Assembly: GCA_963749155.1 (NCBI GenBank)
Contig: CAVVLO010000001.1
Coordinates: 256,001 to 320,000 of the forward strand
Direction of reading: 5' to 3'
Source of the DNA: an uncultured Armatimonadia bacterium
Lineage (GTDB): Bacteria; Armatimonadota; Zipacnadia; CAVVLO01
DNA length: 64,000 bases
The translations under genes and the position numbers were made by a program. Of the stretch, positions 21,934-32,468 are shown in pieces. The notes beneath the pieces were generated by a model. It saw nothing but the letters and a program-made list of their open reading frames with translations, was not told the origin of the DNA and made no database searches. Each line of letters starts with the position of its first letter. The first letter of the stretch is position 1.

Positions 21934-23193
21934 ATGACTTATACCAATGAACCGCCAACCGGATTCGACCAGGGGCCCGAGTGGGAGAAACCGCGCGGCC
22001 TAAGCTGCTCTACCTATTTTGTGCTTGCGCTAGTGCTGACAGTCGGTCTGGCTGTTGGCACCTGGCTTGCGTGGAGCCAGCAGCATGGCACTGGCCTTGC
22101 CAGTTTTAATCCTGTCGCGCTGCTGACCGGCGATCCCTTCGAGCATCAGAAGGAACTCACGCTGCTGCTGGTGGGGAAGGATCAGGGCAAAGATACCGAT
22201 ATCCCGCGCACGGATACCCTTTTGCTGGCGTTGCTGAACCTCGAGACCGAGCGCGCGGCAATTATTTCTGTGCCCCGCGACACCCGGGTTGAGATTCCAG
22301 AATATGGGGTCGGCAAGATCAACTCGGCCTATGTGCATGGGGGCATCGACCTTACCAAGAGGACCTTGCAGAACTTCCTGGGGGTGCCTGTGGATTATAC
22401 CGCACAGGTGTCTCTGGAAGGTTTCAAAGGCCTGGTAGACGCAGCCGGAGGCGTTGAGATCAACGTCGACAAGCGAATGAAGTACACTGACAACTGGGGC
22501 GGACTTTTCATTGATCTCTACCCCGGCAAACAGACCCTTGATGGCGAACACGCGATGCAGTATGTGCGTTTTCGGCATGATGCCGAAGGCGATATCGGTC
22601 GGATGCGCAGGCAGCAGGAGTTTATGAAGGCGCTGCTTGGGAAGCTTAAGGCTCCGTCCAACGCCTATCGGTTGCCCCTGGTGGTCAGGGCGCTCTACAA
22701 GATGATAGAGACCGATCTGTCAATGAATCAGGCGCTTGCGCTGGGCCGCCGGGTAAAAGGTTTTGCATCCAACGGCTTGCTGACTGACACCTTGCCTGGC
22801 GTACCCGAGACCATCGGCGGAGTCTCCTATATGATTCTCGATGGCGCTACTGGGGGCCAGAAAATCTGGGAGCTGCGCAACCAACTGGCAGGCGTGGCGA
22901 CCCCTGATACCGTCCAGGTGTTGAATGGCACTGGCAAAGCGGGCTTTGCCGGCCAGGTGAGTGAGGCGCTCAGAGTATATGGGCTGCAACTGGCTGAGCC
23001 CGGCAACGCGCCAACAGGATTTGATAACAGCGAAACAATAATCCTGCATAAACCTGAAGCTAGTGCCACAGCCAAACGCGTAAAGGAAGTATTGGGTGTT
23101 GGCACGCTGCACGAGGCCGACCAGCCCGAAGGCGCAGATCCAGCCGCGGGCGTTGTTGTTATCGTAGGCACTGACCTGCAGGAACGACTGTAA
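21934..23193 (+). CDS. LCP (LytR-CpsA-Psr) family protein with LytR_C domain
   Basis: N-terminal TM; RTDT, SVPRDT, KINSAY, YVRFRH..DIGRMRRQQ; C-terminal VLNGTGKAG..VIVGTD. Confidence 0.93.
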   Translation: MTYTNEPPTGFDQGPEWEKPRGLSCSTYFVLALVLTVGLAVGTWLAWSQQHGTGLASFNPVALLTGDPFEHQKELTLLLVGKDQGKDTDIPRTDTLLLALLNLETERAAIISVPRDTRVEIPEYGVGKINSAYVHGGIDLTKRTLQNFLGVPVDYTAQVSLEGFKGLVDAAGGVEINVDKRMKYTDNWGGLFIDLYPGKQTLDGEHAMQYVRFRHDAEGDIGRMRRQQEFMKALLGKLKAPSNAYRLPLVVRALYKMIETDLSMNQALALGRRVKGFASNGLLTDTLPGVPETIGGVSYMILDGATGGQKIWELRNQLAGVATPDTVQVLNGTGKAGFAGQVSEALRVYGLQLAEPGNAPTGFDNSETIILHKPEASATAKRVKEVLGVGTLHEADQPEGADPAAGVVVIVGTDLQERL

Positions 23194-23213
23194 AAAATGG
23201 AGGAATTGCTCTG

Positions 23214-23609
23214 GTGAATTCGCGTGAAGAAATGTTGAGCCTGGCTGTAAATGCTTTATACGATGTCAAGGCTCTGGATATGACCTTGCTCGACGTGACG
23301 AGTCTGGCTACTTTTACCGACAACTTCCTGATTGCTTCCGCCTCATCAACCCAGCATCTTGACACGCTGGAAACCCGGCTGTACCACGCGCTCAAAGACG
23401 CGGGCAGGCTGCCGCGTGTCTCGGGTAAAGCTGATTCCGGTTGGGTTGTCGTAGACCTCGGCAATCTGGTTGTGCACCTCTTTTTGGAAAGCTCGCGCAC
23501 TTTCTACGAGCTGGAAGAGTTTTGGCACGAAGCGGAACAACTCGACGTGGACGAGTTTATCGAGTCACCCGAGGGACCACTTGGCGAGGAGTCGGGCGAG
23601 GGCGAGTAG
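23214..23609 (+). CDS. rsfS: Ribosome silencing factor RsfS
   Basis: KALD..DNFLIAS..WVVVDLGNLVVHLF..RTFYELEEFW. Confidence 0.92.
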   Translation: MNSREEMLSLAVNALYDVKALDMTLLDVTSLATFTDNFLIASASSTQHLDTLETRLYHALKDAGRLPRVSGKADSGWVVVDLGNLVVHLFLESSRTFYELEEFWHEAEQLDVDEFIESPEGPLGEESGEGE

Positions 23610-23630
23610 CGACCACCGGGAGGCAATGAG

Positions 23631-24338
23631 ATGTCAGGCGACTTCGAGGCTCTGGAACGCGAAGAAAAACTACGCTCTTTGCTCATCGAAGGCTCGCGGC
23701 TGCTCAGGCAAAGGCAACTCACAGCAGCGAAGCAGAAGCTGCAGGCGGCACTCGAACTGGACGAGAATTGCGCTGACGGCCTCGAACTGATGGGAGAGCT
23801 GGAGCTTGCCGGCGGCAACGTCGAAGGCGCGATGGACTACTTCCGCAAGGTCGCTTTCGATTTGCCCGAGGCTCCCCATCACATCAGACAGAAAGCCGAA
23901 GAACGGCTAGGTGAGGCGGCTCTCATAAAAGCCCAGGCGAGTGCCAACTCTGCAGGCCTCACAGCTCCCCCCGAAGGGCTGGAACCCAAAATACCAACGG
24001 TTAATAAGTCAGAGCGCAGCCCCTCGCTTGCGGCGGCTTTCTCTCTGCTTATCCCCGGCCTGGGCGAGTTTTTCGCGCGCGACAGGATGAAGGGCCTGCT
24101 CGTAATGGGACTCTGGCTGTTTGTCCTGATGGGATTCATTGTTGCCGCGCTGAATGTGCTTGGCGAGTTGCGCAGTGAACTGACGGGCTCAGGCACTGTG
24201 GATGGTCTGTTCAAGCTGTATTTTGGAATGTGGACAGGCACCAGTGTAATCTGGGTTTTGCTCGATCACCTGCTGCGTATAGGCTCGGCGATAAATGCTG
24301 CCCTGATCGCTGGCAACGGCGGCGGCGACGACTTCTAG
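23631..24338 (+). CDS. TPR-repeat protein with C-terminal membrane domain
   Basis: Helical TPR-like repeats (ALELDENCADGLELMG), then SLLIPGLGEFF and TM helices. Confidence 0.6.
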   Translation: MSGDFEALEREEKLRSLLIEGSRLLRQRQLTAAKQKLQAALELDENCADGLELMGELELAGGNVEGAMDYFRKVAFDLPEAPHHIRQKAEERLGEAALIKAQASANSAGLTAPPEGLEPKIPTVNKSERSPSLAAAFSLLIPGLGEFFARDRMKGLLVMGLWLFVLMGFIVAALNVLGELRSELTGSGTVDGLFKLYFGMWTGTSVIWVLLDHLLRIGSAINAALIAGNGGGDDF

Positions 24339-24763
24339 CCTGGCGCAGGCGGAGCGCTCCAGGATTTGCCTTCAAGCAGATCTTTGCTGATTAGCTCCTG
24401 CAATTTGCGCCCAGCAGGAGTTTTGGTTGGTTTCAATTCTCCGAGCGCAATTAGCTCGCGCGGATCAAGCGGCAACACCATTGGCACCGAGGTGCCCAGT
24501 GCTTGCTTCGCATCATAAAAGAAAGCCTCACAGTGCCTGCAATAGGCAACCCGGCGCTTGCGAAGATATTCGGTTGCCTCCTTGTTGCGCCAGCCAAGCC
24601 CCAAATCAGCCGTTGCATTGAGCAGAGGCACTCTGCGCGAGCAAGTCGGGCAGCGGGGCATCAGCAGATAGCCTGCAACGCTGCCCCCTACCCCCAGGAG
24701 GATGGGCCCACCCACCTTTGCAATTGCCTCAAGTGTCTCAAACCAGTCCAGGTCGGCAAACAT
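24335..24763 (-). CDS. Hypothetical membrane-anchored Zn-ribbon-like protein
   Basis: Short hydrophobic segment then CPTC...CRHC; co-oriented downstream of the GH106-like gene. Confidence 0.5.
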   Translation of the reverse strand: MFADLDWFETLEAIAKVGGPILLGVGGSVAGYLLMPRCPTCSRRVPLLNATADLGLGWRNKEATEYLRKRRVAYCRHCEAFFYDAKQALGTSVPMVLPLDPRELIALGELKPTKTPAGRKLQELISKDLLEGKSWSAPPAPG

Positions 24764-24783
24764 TCTCTTGCCTCACAGAGGAG

Positions 24784-27700
24784 CTAGAATAGCTCGTATA
24801 ACACCAACTCGGGCGGCGAAGTCAGTCCGAAGGGCACGAAGTTGTAACTCCAGACCCACGGCCGCTCAGGGCCTGAAAGCCACCCAGGCTGACCTGTGAA
24901 GGCCGTCGGATCAACGCCCAGCAACTCTCCGGCCGGATGATGATGCGGCCCCAGCAGGTTGCGGTTGCTGCCTATACAAGTCAACTCAAGGGTGTTCTCG
25001 CCTGACCTGCAAATAAGTCGGTGACATCCAGTGAGTATGGCCGCCAGTATAGGGCGCCGGCGTCTTGCCCATTCACCCTGGCCTTCACCACGATTGCGTC
25101 TACGTCGGGCAATTCGAGCACCAGCCGCTGCCTGGGCGCAAGTCTTTGCCAGGTAAAGGTAGTGGTGTAGGTCACCGCTCCGCTGTAGAAAGGCAGACCC
25201 TGCCAGACCAGATCGCCGGTGATCGCTTTTGCCGGGATTTCAACAAGTCGGAAGCTGCTCTCGGTCACCTGTCTGGTACCGAAATCGCCGACGAGATAGA
25301 CCGCTTCAAGCTCGGTTTTGGGCGTGTAGTGATAGTTGGGCCGCTTGTGGGCAGGATCCTTCTGCTCGAAGCCGGGCAGGAACCGGATGGCAAGCTCCAG
25401 TTCGTTGGCGCCTTGCTGCGCATAAGGCTTCAGGTCCAGCTTGCGGAAGCTGATGTCTTTCCACCAGCCCAAATCATCCTTTACAACCTCCTGGCCGTTG
25501 CAGGTGATGCGGTAACGTTCGGGCTGCTCGAGGACCAGAAGCAATTCCTGCATTGTGGAAGGATCTTTGGCGCACTCAAAGTCGAACAGCAACCTGACTT
25601 CCCGTTCGACGTTAGCCTGCTGCAATTCGAGGCTGGTCCAGATGACTGGCCGGCGCTCTCCAAAGTCGCCGCCATCCAGGCTGGCGCGCGCATAATCAAG
25701 AGTGAGGGCATTGGACTCGCCTACGCTCAGGGTCCAGTCGGGGCCAAGCCGCAGGCTCTCGGCCCGCAGCAATCGGTTGGCCGCAGTGATTTGCGGCTCG
25801 CGTCCCAGGTCCAGTAGAAAGATCCTCGACTGGCAGGGCGCCAGTTCTGTCGAGAAAAGTGTCTCGCTGTGGCTCTCGCGCGCCGAAACCGGCCTCTGGC
25901 AGCCTTCCTCAAGACCTAGTTCGGTCACATGACCGACACTTGCCAGCCTCACGCGCAATTGATAGCCCCGCTGCTGACTCAGGTTGGTCAGCATCCATAC
26001 CTCGTGATTATCCTCGGCAAGTAGCCTGTGGTGGACGAAAACCTCAGGCACTGGATTGCCACTGGCATCGCTCAGAACTAGCTGGGGAGCAACTGCCTTG
26101 GCAAGCGCATCGATGAGTTCGTCCCGGTTCAGCTCTATCAGATCAGCCCTGCGCACCAAGCCTTCAAGTGAGGAATCAGGCACTCCATCTACCAGCCAGG
26201 GTTCGGGATGGAGGACGATGACTTTGCCACCCGTGTCCATAAAAGCTTCGAGCAAAGTGACTGTGCTGGCTCTCAGACTGAAACAGGGAGGCACCACGAC
26301 CACCTTGTAGCTCATCTGTCCCAGATTCAAGGAGACCTTTTTCGACTGAGCCGTATTTCGCAAGCTGGGCTTCGCTGCCCAAATCGTAGTCGCGTTGAAG
26401 CTCCAACAGCCAGGTGCTGACGGCCTCAAGGGACCGGTCCAGTTCGGCGACCTGGCTCATATCTCGTGGACTGGCCACGCACCAGGCGCTTTCTATTGGA
26501 TGCAGCAGCAGCACATCGGCGCTGAACTTGCCCTGGCTCATCACATAGTTGGCCCGCGCCTGATAGTCCATAAAGGGCTTGTAGTCCGACCAATAAGGCT
26601 GCTGATAATAAAGCGAAGGCGGATAATCTCGCTTGCGCGAGCCGCGCATCGAGTAGAGCTCCAGATGCTGGCAGAACAGATTCACGCCCAGCACGGTCTG
26701 CCAGTCGCCGATGCGTTTGAGCTCTTCGAAGGAGGCGTTCCAACCACTGCAGCCGTAGGTTTCGGACAGCGTGCGCTCCTTGCCAAGCTGGTGGGCGACG
26801 CTGGAGAGCTGTTTTACCAGCAGGGGCGCCGCGATCCGGCGCGTCAGATGATCGATTCCAGGAAGCTGCATATATTCGTAATGGGCCATCGCATCGCCGA
26901 TGTAGAGGGTCTGCGAGGCCAGAGTGTCTTCGGATACCTGATGACCTGTGAAGACCAGCTTGTGCGCCTGACACCACTCGCCAATCTGCTGGCTGAAAGC
27001 TTCGACATACAGGGCAGTTGCGACTCTTCGATAGTCCAGCCGCACTTTTTCAGAGCCAGGAATATCGAAGAACAGGGCGGGAAGATGGGGCAAGAGGTCG
27101 TAGTTTGCGCGCGCTTCGAACTCGCGGGGGAAGGTTTCAGTCCAGGGCACAACTTCGCCCATCACGTAATTGTAGGCGGGCTCGTCGGTGAAGATGCCAG
27201 GTATGGCATCGCCGAAATCCTGACCGAAACGCGCAGCATAAGGCTCGTATTGAAGCTCGATGAATTTTCGGACGACCTCTTTACTGAGGGTGTCGATATA
27301 GTTGGGCCAGTGGCGCATCACGAAACCGAGTGCCACCCGACCGCCCAGGGTAGCCGCACTGATCTCGCGGCCGGTGGCATCCTCGAGGCCCGTAACTTGC
27401 GCCCCTTCCACCCCATCGGCCAGGAAGATTTTAAGCGCGTCATCCAGCAGGGCCGGATTACTGGCCAACTCCTCCGCGCGCGCGACCACAAGGGCCAGGT
27501 GCTTCTGCTGGTATTCTGGCCCCATATCAGGCAGCACGAAGCCGAAATTGCCACTCGGCCAGCAGTCTTCATCATAAAGCCAGGAATAGATGCCAGCGCG
27601 CTTGCCTTCTTCGATGCAGGCGGCAATGCACTGCATCCAGTCCTCGCTCATATAGTCGTTAACCAGGCCGATGCGAGAATGCATAAAATAGCCCCCGCAC

Positions 27701-27825
27701 CCTTGGGCGGCATGTTCGCGCACCTGGCGACGTAGCTCTTCGGGTTCCAGTTTGTCATTCCAGGCCCAGAAGGGGGCAGCTCGAAACAGGGGGCCAGGAT
27801 TTTCAAATTCTTCAAGCAGGCTCAC
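24784..27825 (-). CDS. Large glycoside hydrolase, GH106 (alpha-L-rhamnosidase)-like; two frameshifts (near 26330 and near 25000)
   Basis: PFWAWN, FMHSRIGL, WLYDEDCWPSG, FTDEP, PGIDHL, SETYG, RKRDYPP; C-terminal jelly-roll QGLPFYSG and RNLLGPHH; GTG 27825 after SD GGAGG. Confidence 0.78.
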
Positions 27826-27863
27826 AAAGGCTCCTCCGTCTACCAAGGCAGTATCAAGGAGTG

Positions 27864-27890
27864 CTTCAGCATCGAGCGGGGTCTTCCTGC
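27864..27890 (-). promoter_or_regulatory. sigmaH-like promoter motif upstream of the GH106-like gene
   Basis: GCAGGA-agaccccgctcgatgct(17)-GAAG. Confidence 0.55.
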
Positions 27891-27897
27891 AGGGAGA

Positions 27898-28492
27898 TTA
27901 ACCCTCTGAAAGCAGCCGGGCCAATAATTCAGGTAGCCTGCGCAAGGCTTTGCCGCGATGGCTGAGGGCGTTTTTTTCTTCAGAGGAAAGCTCTGCGAAG
28001 GTGCGCTGACTGGCCAACCGGCAGGAATATCGGGTCATAACCGAAACCGCCGGTACCGCGCGGGGCATCGATAAGCGCGCCTTCGGCATACTCGATTAAC
28101 ACTGCCGAGTCACCCTCGGGGGTGGCAACCGCAAGGGCGCAAGCGAACCGGGCAGACCGGTCGTCGCTGCCTTCAAGCTCGCGCAGCACCCGCTGGATTC
28201 GAGCCTCATCGGTTGGGGCATAGCGGGCAGAATAGACACCAGGCGCGCCCTCGAGGGCGTCTACAATCAAGCCAGAATCATCCGCAAGGGCGACTTCGCC
28301 TGTAGCCTGAGCGGCTGCGCGGGCCTTCAGGAGGGCGTTCTCTTCGAAGGTAGCGCCTGTTTCTTCGACATCAAATCCAGGCGCAAGCTCGCTAACCGCG
28401 ACGACCTCATAGCCTAAAGGCGCGGCCAATTCTGCCAGCTCGCGCAGTTTTTTCACATTGTTCGAGGCGATTACCAGCTTGCGCGGACTCAC
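27898..28492 (-). CDS. rdgB: dITP/XTP pyrophosphatase (Ham1 family); frameshift near 28020
   Basis: ASNNVKK, ETGATFEENA, ADDSGL, PGVYSARY, GFGYDPIF / TFAELSSEEKNALSHRGKA; GTGA overlap with rph. Confidence 0.93.
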
Positions 28493-29211
28493 TTGCGACC
28501 AAGCACCTCGCGCTGGAACTCTACGATCTCCTGGCAACCAACCAGCGCCAGGTTGAGCAGATTATCAAGCTGTTTACGAGCGAACGGTTTGCCTTCGGCT
28601 GAACCTTGCACCTCGACCAACTCGCCCTTGCCGGTGGCTACGATATTCATATCTACGCCGGCCTGGGAGTCTTCGTAATAATCGAGGTCTACCATCGGTT
28701 CTCCGTGGACAACACCGACGCTGACCGCGGCAAGCTCACTGATTATGGGATTGCTGCGCAACAGATTCTGTTCGAGGAGATACTCGATTGCGCTGGAAAG
28801 CGCCAGGTACGCGGCGTTGATTGAGGCGCAGCGCGTGCCTCCATCGGCCTGCAGCACATCGCAGTCAATCCAGATGGTGCGCTCGCCCAACTGGCGGGTG
28901 TCTACGATGGCCCGGCAAGCCCGACCTATCAGACGCTGGATTTCCATAGTCCGCCCCTGCAGCTTGCCCGAGGTTGACTCGCGCTGGTTGCGGCTCTGGC
29001 AGGCGCGCGGCAGCATCGAATATTCGGCGGTCACCCAGCCGGTGCCCGAGCCTCGCAGGAAGGAAGGCACTCCTTCCTCGACGGTTGCGGCGGAAAGCAC
29101 CCGCGTGCGGCCCATCTGGAAGAGGCAGGAGCCTTCGGCGAATTCCATATAGCCAAGTTCAGCTTTCAGAGAGCGAAGCTGTCCGGTTTCCCGGCCATCA
29201 TGACGCAGCAT
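28489..29211 (-). CDS. rph: Ribonuclease PH
   Basis: AEGS, GWVTAEYSMLP, GRTMEIQRLIGR, QADGGTR, DMNIV. Confidence 0.97.
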   Translation of the reverse strand: MLRHDGRETGQLRSLKAELGYMEFAEGSCLFQMGRTRVLSAATVEEGVPSFLRGSGTGWVTAEYSMLPRACQSRNQRESTSGKLQGRTMEIQRLIGRACRAIVDTRQLGERTIWIDCDVLQADGGTRCASINAAYLALSSAIEYLLEQNLLRSNPIISELAAVSVGVVHGEPMVDLDYYEDSQAGVDMNIVATGKGELVEVQGSAEGKPFARKQLDNLLNLALVGCQEIVEFQREVLGRK

Positions 29212-29214
29212 TGC

Positions 29215-30033
29215 TTAACCTTCCTTCTCGATATCCTCATAAGGAACCTGACGCAAGCTCAGGTTCTCCAGGCCCAGGAAACGCAGTGCAAAGCGCCTTA
29301 CACTTTCTCCAGAGCCTGTTACCACAGCTTCGAGCAACTCTTCTTTCGAGGCGGGCTGCCCCGTGCCTGTCGGGAGGGGCAGCAGTCCTGCCATTACCTG
29401 GGCAGGATCCACAAAAGTAACCCCAGGGCCGGCGAGTTCTGTGGCAAGCTCGGTCAGCCAGGGATAATGGGTGCATCCGTAGATTATTGTATCAGCGCCC
29501 GCCGCAAGCATCGGTTCGAGATATCCAGCCAGGGCTTCGCGGGCCGCAGCAGAATCCAGCTCTCCGGCTTCGACCAGGGGCACCAGCCTGGGGGCGGGAA
29601 TGGCGATTACCTCAAGTGAAGAATCAAGCGATCTGAGGGCGCGCTGATAACTGCCACTGTCTACTGTGCCCTGGGTGGCGATTACTCCCACGACGCCACT
29701 TTGGGTAGTCTGGGCAGCCACTTCGGCGGCAGGGCCAATCAGGCCAAAAACGGGAATAGAGAGCGCCTCCTGAAGTGCTTCCAGGGCCACTGAAGAGGAG
29801 AGATTACATCCGATTGCGATGGCGCCGCAGCCTTGGGCTTCCAGCCAGCGGCCTATAGCAAGCGCAAAAAGACGGATCTCGTCCAGAGGTCTGTTGCCGT
29901 AAGGGACATGGGCAGTGTCGGCGCAGAAAAGCACGGAAGTCTCGGGTGCGCGCTGCCAGATGGCTTTCACCAGCGTAAGGCCACCGACCCCGCTGTCGAA
30001 GACGCCAAGCGGCGCCGGAACACGATTGGACAA
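29215..30033 (-). CDS. murI: Glutamate racemase
   Basis: FDSGVGGLT, VPYG, IGCN, GCTHYP. Confidence 0.95.
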   Translation of the reverse strand: MSNRVPAPLGVFDSGVGGLTLVKAIWQRAPETSVLFCADTAHVPYGNRPLDEIRLFALAIGRWLEAQGCGAIAIGCNLSSSVALEALQEALSIPVFGLIGPAAEVAAQTTQSGVVGVIATQGTVDSGSYQRALRSLDSSLEVIAIPAPRLVPLVEAGELDSAAAREALAGYLEPMLAAGADTIIYGCTHYPWLTELATELAGPGVTFVDPAQVMAGLLPLPTGTGQPASKEELLEAVVTGSGESVRRFALRFLGLENLSLRQVPYEDIEKEG

Positions 30034-30035
30034 AA

Positions 30036-30611
30036 CTAAGGGCCCCCAGTCACTTCTAGCGTCTCGTCTGGCGGCAGTGGCTCTCCAAGATCGAGCTCCC
30101 CAAGAGAGCGCAAGGGTTGCCCTTCAATCAGGAGCTGCACCTCGGTCACTTCGTCCAGCTCGCAAAGCGAGTTGACAAGAGAGTAGACGAGGAGATAGGT
30201 CACCTGTTCGCCAGCGGGGAGATTATCGCGGAACTCCCGCGAGAGGTCAATCTCGGCGACTGGACCCTTCAGACTGACCCCCAACAAGCGGGTGCCGGCG
30301 GGCACCAGATTAAGCGCCTCTTCACCTGGCCCTGGACCTGCAAGCAAAGCTTTGGCCAACTCGAGGGGCAAGTTCTCCCGGGGCAGTAGTCGATTGAAAG
30401 CTGTCAATCCGAAGCCGTCTGGGCCTTCAACCGGAAGCCAGAGGGTTGCCTGCACCTGGTCAGGCAAGGGCGGTGGGGGAGGCGGAGGCGGAGGAGGCGT
30501 ACCCAGGAGTCTCCAACCGAGCAGATAGCCGACCAGACTTACGACTGCCAGCACCACCAGCATCGTCCAGAAAGAGGGCCATTTGCTGCGTCTTGGCGCG
30601 TGATAGCTCAT
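30036..30611 (-). CDS. GerMN domain protein (N-terminal TM, poly-Pro linker)
   Basis: LLAGP..VPAGTRLLGV..IDLSREF..YSLVNSL..VQLLIEG; ATGA overlap with the amidase stop. Confidence 0.88.
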   Translation of the reverse strand: MSYHAPRRSKWPSFWTMLVVLAVVSLVGYLLGWRLLGTPPPPPPPPPPLPDQVQATLWLPVEGPDGFGLTAFNRLLPRENLPLELAKALLAGPGPGEEALNLVPAGTRLLGVSLKGPVAEIDLSREFRDNLPAGEQVTYLLVYSLVNSLCELDEVTEVQLLIEGQPLRSLGELDLGEPLPPDETLEVTGGP

Positions 30612-32254
30612 CGGCCCGTCCCCCTGAGCCACTCGTCAACGCCTGCGATAATTGCATCGGCGGCTTTTTGGCGGAAAGCTGGATCGCCGAGCAGCTTCTC
30701 ATCGCGGTCGTGATCGATGTAGCCAAGCTCGAGCAGCAAGGCGGGCATCGCGGTGCAGCGGCAAACGACAAACCGCCTGTTGCGAACGCCTCTGTCGGGC
30801 AGTCCTAGTGCCGCAACGAGCTTCTTGAGCATCAGATTAGCGAAGGCCTGGCTCTGAGGGGTGTTGAAATAGACCTCGGTACCCGAGGCCTGGTTATGGG
30901 CTACAGCGTTGCAGTGGACCGAGACAAAGGCCGAGGCCCCTGCGTTGTTGGCGAAGTAAGCGCGCGAATACAGCTCTACATAAACGTCCTCTTGCCTGGT
31001 CATCAGCACGCGATAGCCTTTGGCTTCCAGTCCCTTGCGCGCTCGTATCAGCACATCGAGGTTGACATCTTCTTCTTCAAGGCCGTGAGCACCAACCGCA
31101 CCAGGGTCGCGACCGCCATGGCCGGCATCCAGCACCACGACAGGGCCTTTGGCTTGCGCAAAGTCGAAAGTCACTTTCAGCAGGCCTGTCTTGGCATCGC
31201 GGACGATATCATATCCGGCCAGCCTGGACGACTTCAACTCCAAAATTACTTCGGAGGCTGGAGCGGGCGCCTGAGAGATGCGCCATCTCTCCAGAGACTT
31301 TTGCTTTAGCTCGGGGGCCGGCGCTTTGAAGCCTGGCGCAAGTTCTGCGCCGTAGAAGGTAAAAGTATAGGTTACTGGATTACTGGTAAGCTTTACTGCA
31401 TAACCGCCAATCGCATCGAAGCGAAGTGAAAAGATGACTTCTTCGCCCTTCTCGGTCAGCTCTACCGACTTGAGCGTGCTACTCGGCGGAGTGGGCGGAT
31501 CCGTCACTTTCGGTAGCGGGGCTGAGAGAGCGCCAGATTTCCCAATTCGCAGGCGTAAAGTGAGGCCTGAGGGGTCAGTTATAACGCTTGTCGAGGCATC
31601 GGCTTTGAGATCAGCCACCAGGCGCACCTTGTCGGGGAAGACAGCGTTCTGGCTTATCCTTACTCTCGAAACCCAGGGCGAATCTACCTGCAGTTCTTCG
31701 GCTGGGCGAGTCCACACAGCACCGTCAATATCGAGAAAGACGCGCAAGGGGTCGCGTAGCACGCCTTTTGTGCTGGTGGTCTTCGCAGAGAGAGGCAAGA
31801 CAAGCTCAACGAAATCGGTGCCGGTTATAACCTGGCAGTCCAGCACTTTCGCGGCCACGGCTACTATTTGGTCCTTGCCGTGGTAACTCAGGCCCAGCAG
31901 CTGCGAGGTGGCCTTGAGGGGCAACTGGAAAATCCCATTGGACAGCTTGCAGGGAGAGGCAAGTTTCAGCGTCTTGCCACTGGAGGTTGTGACCGAAGTA
32001 CTGCCAGCCTTTAGCGTGTAGGTGATGGCATCAGGCCCGACAAGTTTGGCTGTGGGTTGGCCTTTCTGATGTTCAAATCCCAGGCCAATATGCTGCAATT
32101 CGGGGCCGATAGACGCGTAAAACTCCCCTGAGGCAGAGGGCGCCTTACCGTCCACCGTAAGCTTGTGAGAGCCCACATAGACAACTGCGGCCTGAGCTTC
32201 GAAAAAAACTAGCCCAAGCAGCAGTGCCAGTGCCAATAGCCTGCATGTTTTCAT
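30608..32254 (-). CDS. Secreted N-acetylmuramoyl-L-alanine amidase (Amidase_3) with AMIN-like domains
   Basis: Signal peptide; PLRVFLDI/RVRISQ..VRLVAD (AMIN-like); LDAGHGGRDPGA, FVSVHCNA, LLELGY. Confidence 0.92.
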   Translation of the reverse strand: MKTCRLLALALLLGLVFFEAQAAVVYVGSHKLTVDGKAPSASGEFYASIGPELQHIGLGFEHQKGQPTAKLVGPDAITYTLKAGSTSVTTSSGKTLKLASPCKLSNGIFQLPLKATSQLLGLSYHGKDQIVAVAAKVLDCQVITGTDFVELVLPLSAKTTSTKGVLRDPLRVFLDIDGAVWTRPAEELQVDSPWVSRVRISQNAVFPDKVRLVADLKADASTSVITDPSGLTLRLRIGKSGALSAPLPKVTDPPTPPSSTLKSVELTEKGEEVIFSLRFDAIGGYAVKLTSNPVTYTFTFYGAELAPGFKAPAPELKQKSLERWRISQAPAPASEVILELKSSRLAGYDIVRDAKTGLLKVTFDFAQAKGPVVVLDAGHGGRDPGAVGAHGLEEEDVNLDVLIRARKGLEAKGYRVLMTRQEDVYVELYSRAYFANNAGASAFVSVHCNAVAHNQASGTEVYFNTPQSQAFANLMLKKLVAALGLPDRGVRNRRFVVCRCTAMPALLLELGYIDHDRDEKLLGDPAFRQKAADAIIAGVDEWLRGTGR

Positions 32255-32410
32255 ATGCCGCATACCCTGGTTCGTAATCTGGCTGGACACTAGCCGCGCT
32301 CAGCCAGTTGCTATGAGTGCGGTTAGTATACCCTGCTTCTGATTAGTAGGCAAAAAAGGTGCCAGAAGTGACCTTTCCATATTAGAAACCCGGAAAGTGG
32401 GCTAGTTTCC

Positions 32411-32443
32411 AAAAAAACCGGCCCCGATTAGGTCCAGGGCCGG
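32411..32443 (-). terminator. Rho-independent terminator after the GH127 gene
   Basis: CCGGCCC/GGGCCGG stem followed by T7 on the minus strand. Confidence 0.65.
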
Positions 32444-32468
32444 CTTCAGGAGGTCTTCGGTAGCTTAT

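Noticed and set aside
26395..27735. 446-aa antisense ORF over the GH106-like gene (also 40711-41871, 48178-49548, 58519-59490)
   Set aside because: Mirror frames of genes with clear family motifs; no independent evidence
30469..30498. G-rich simple repeat or G-quadruplex
   Set aside because: Explained by poly-Pro codons of the GerMN gene on the minus strand
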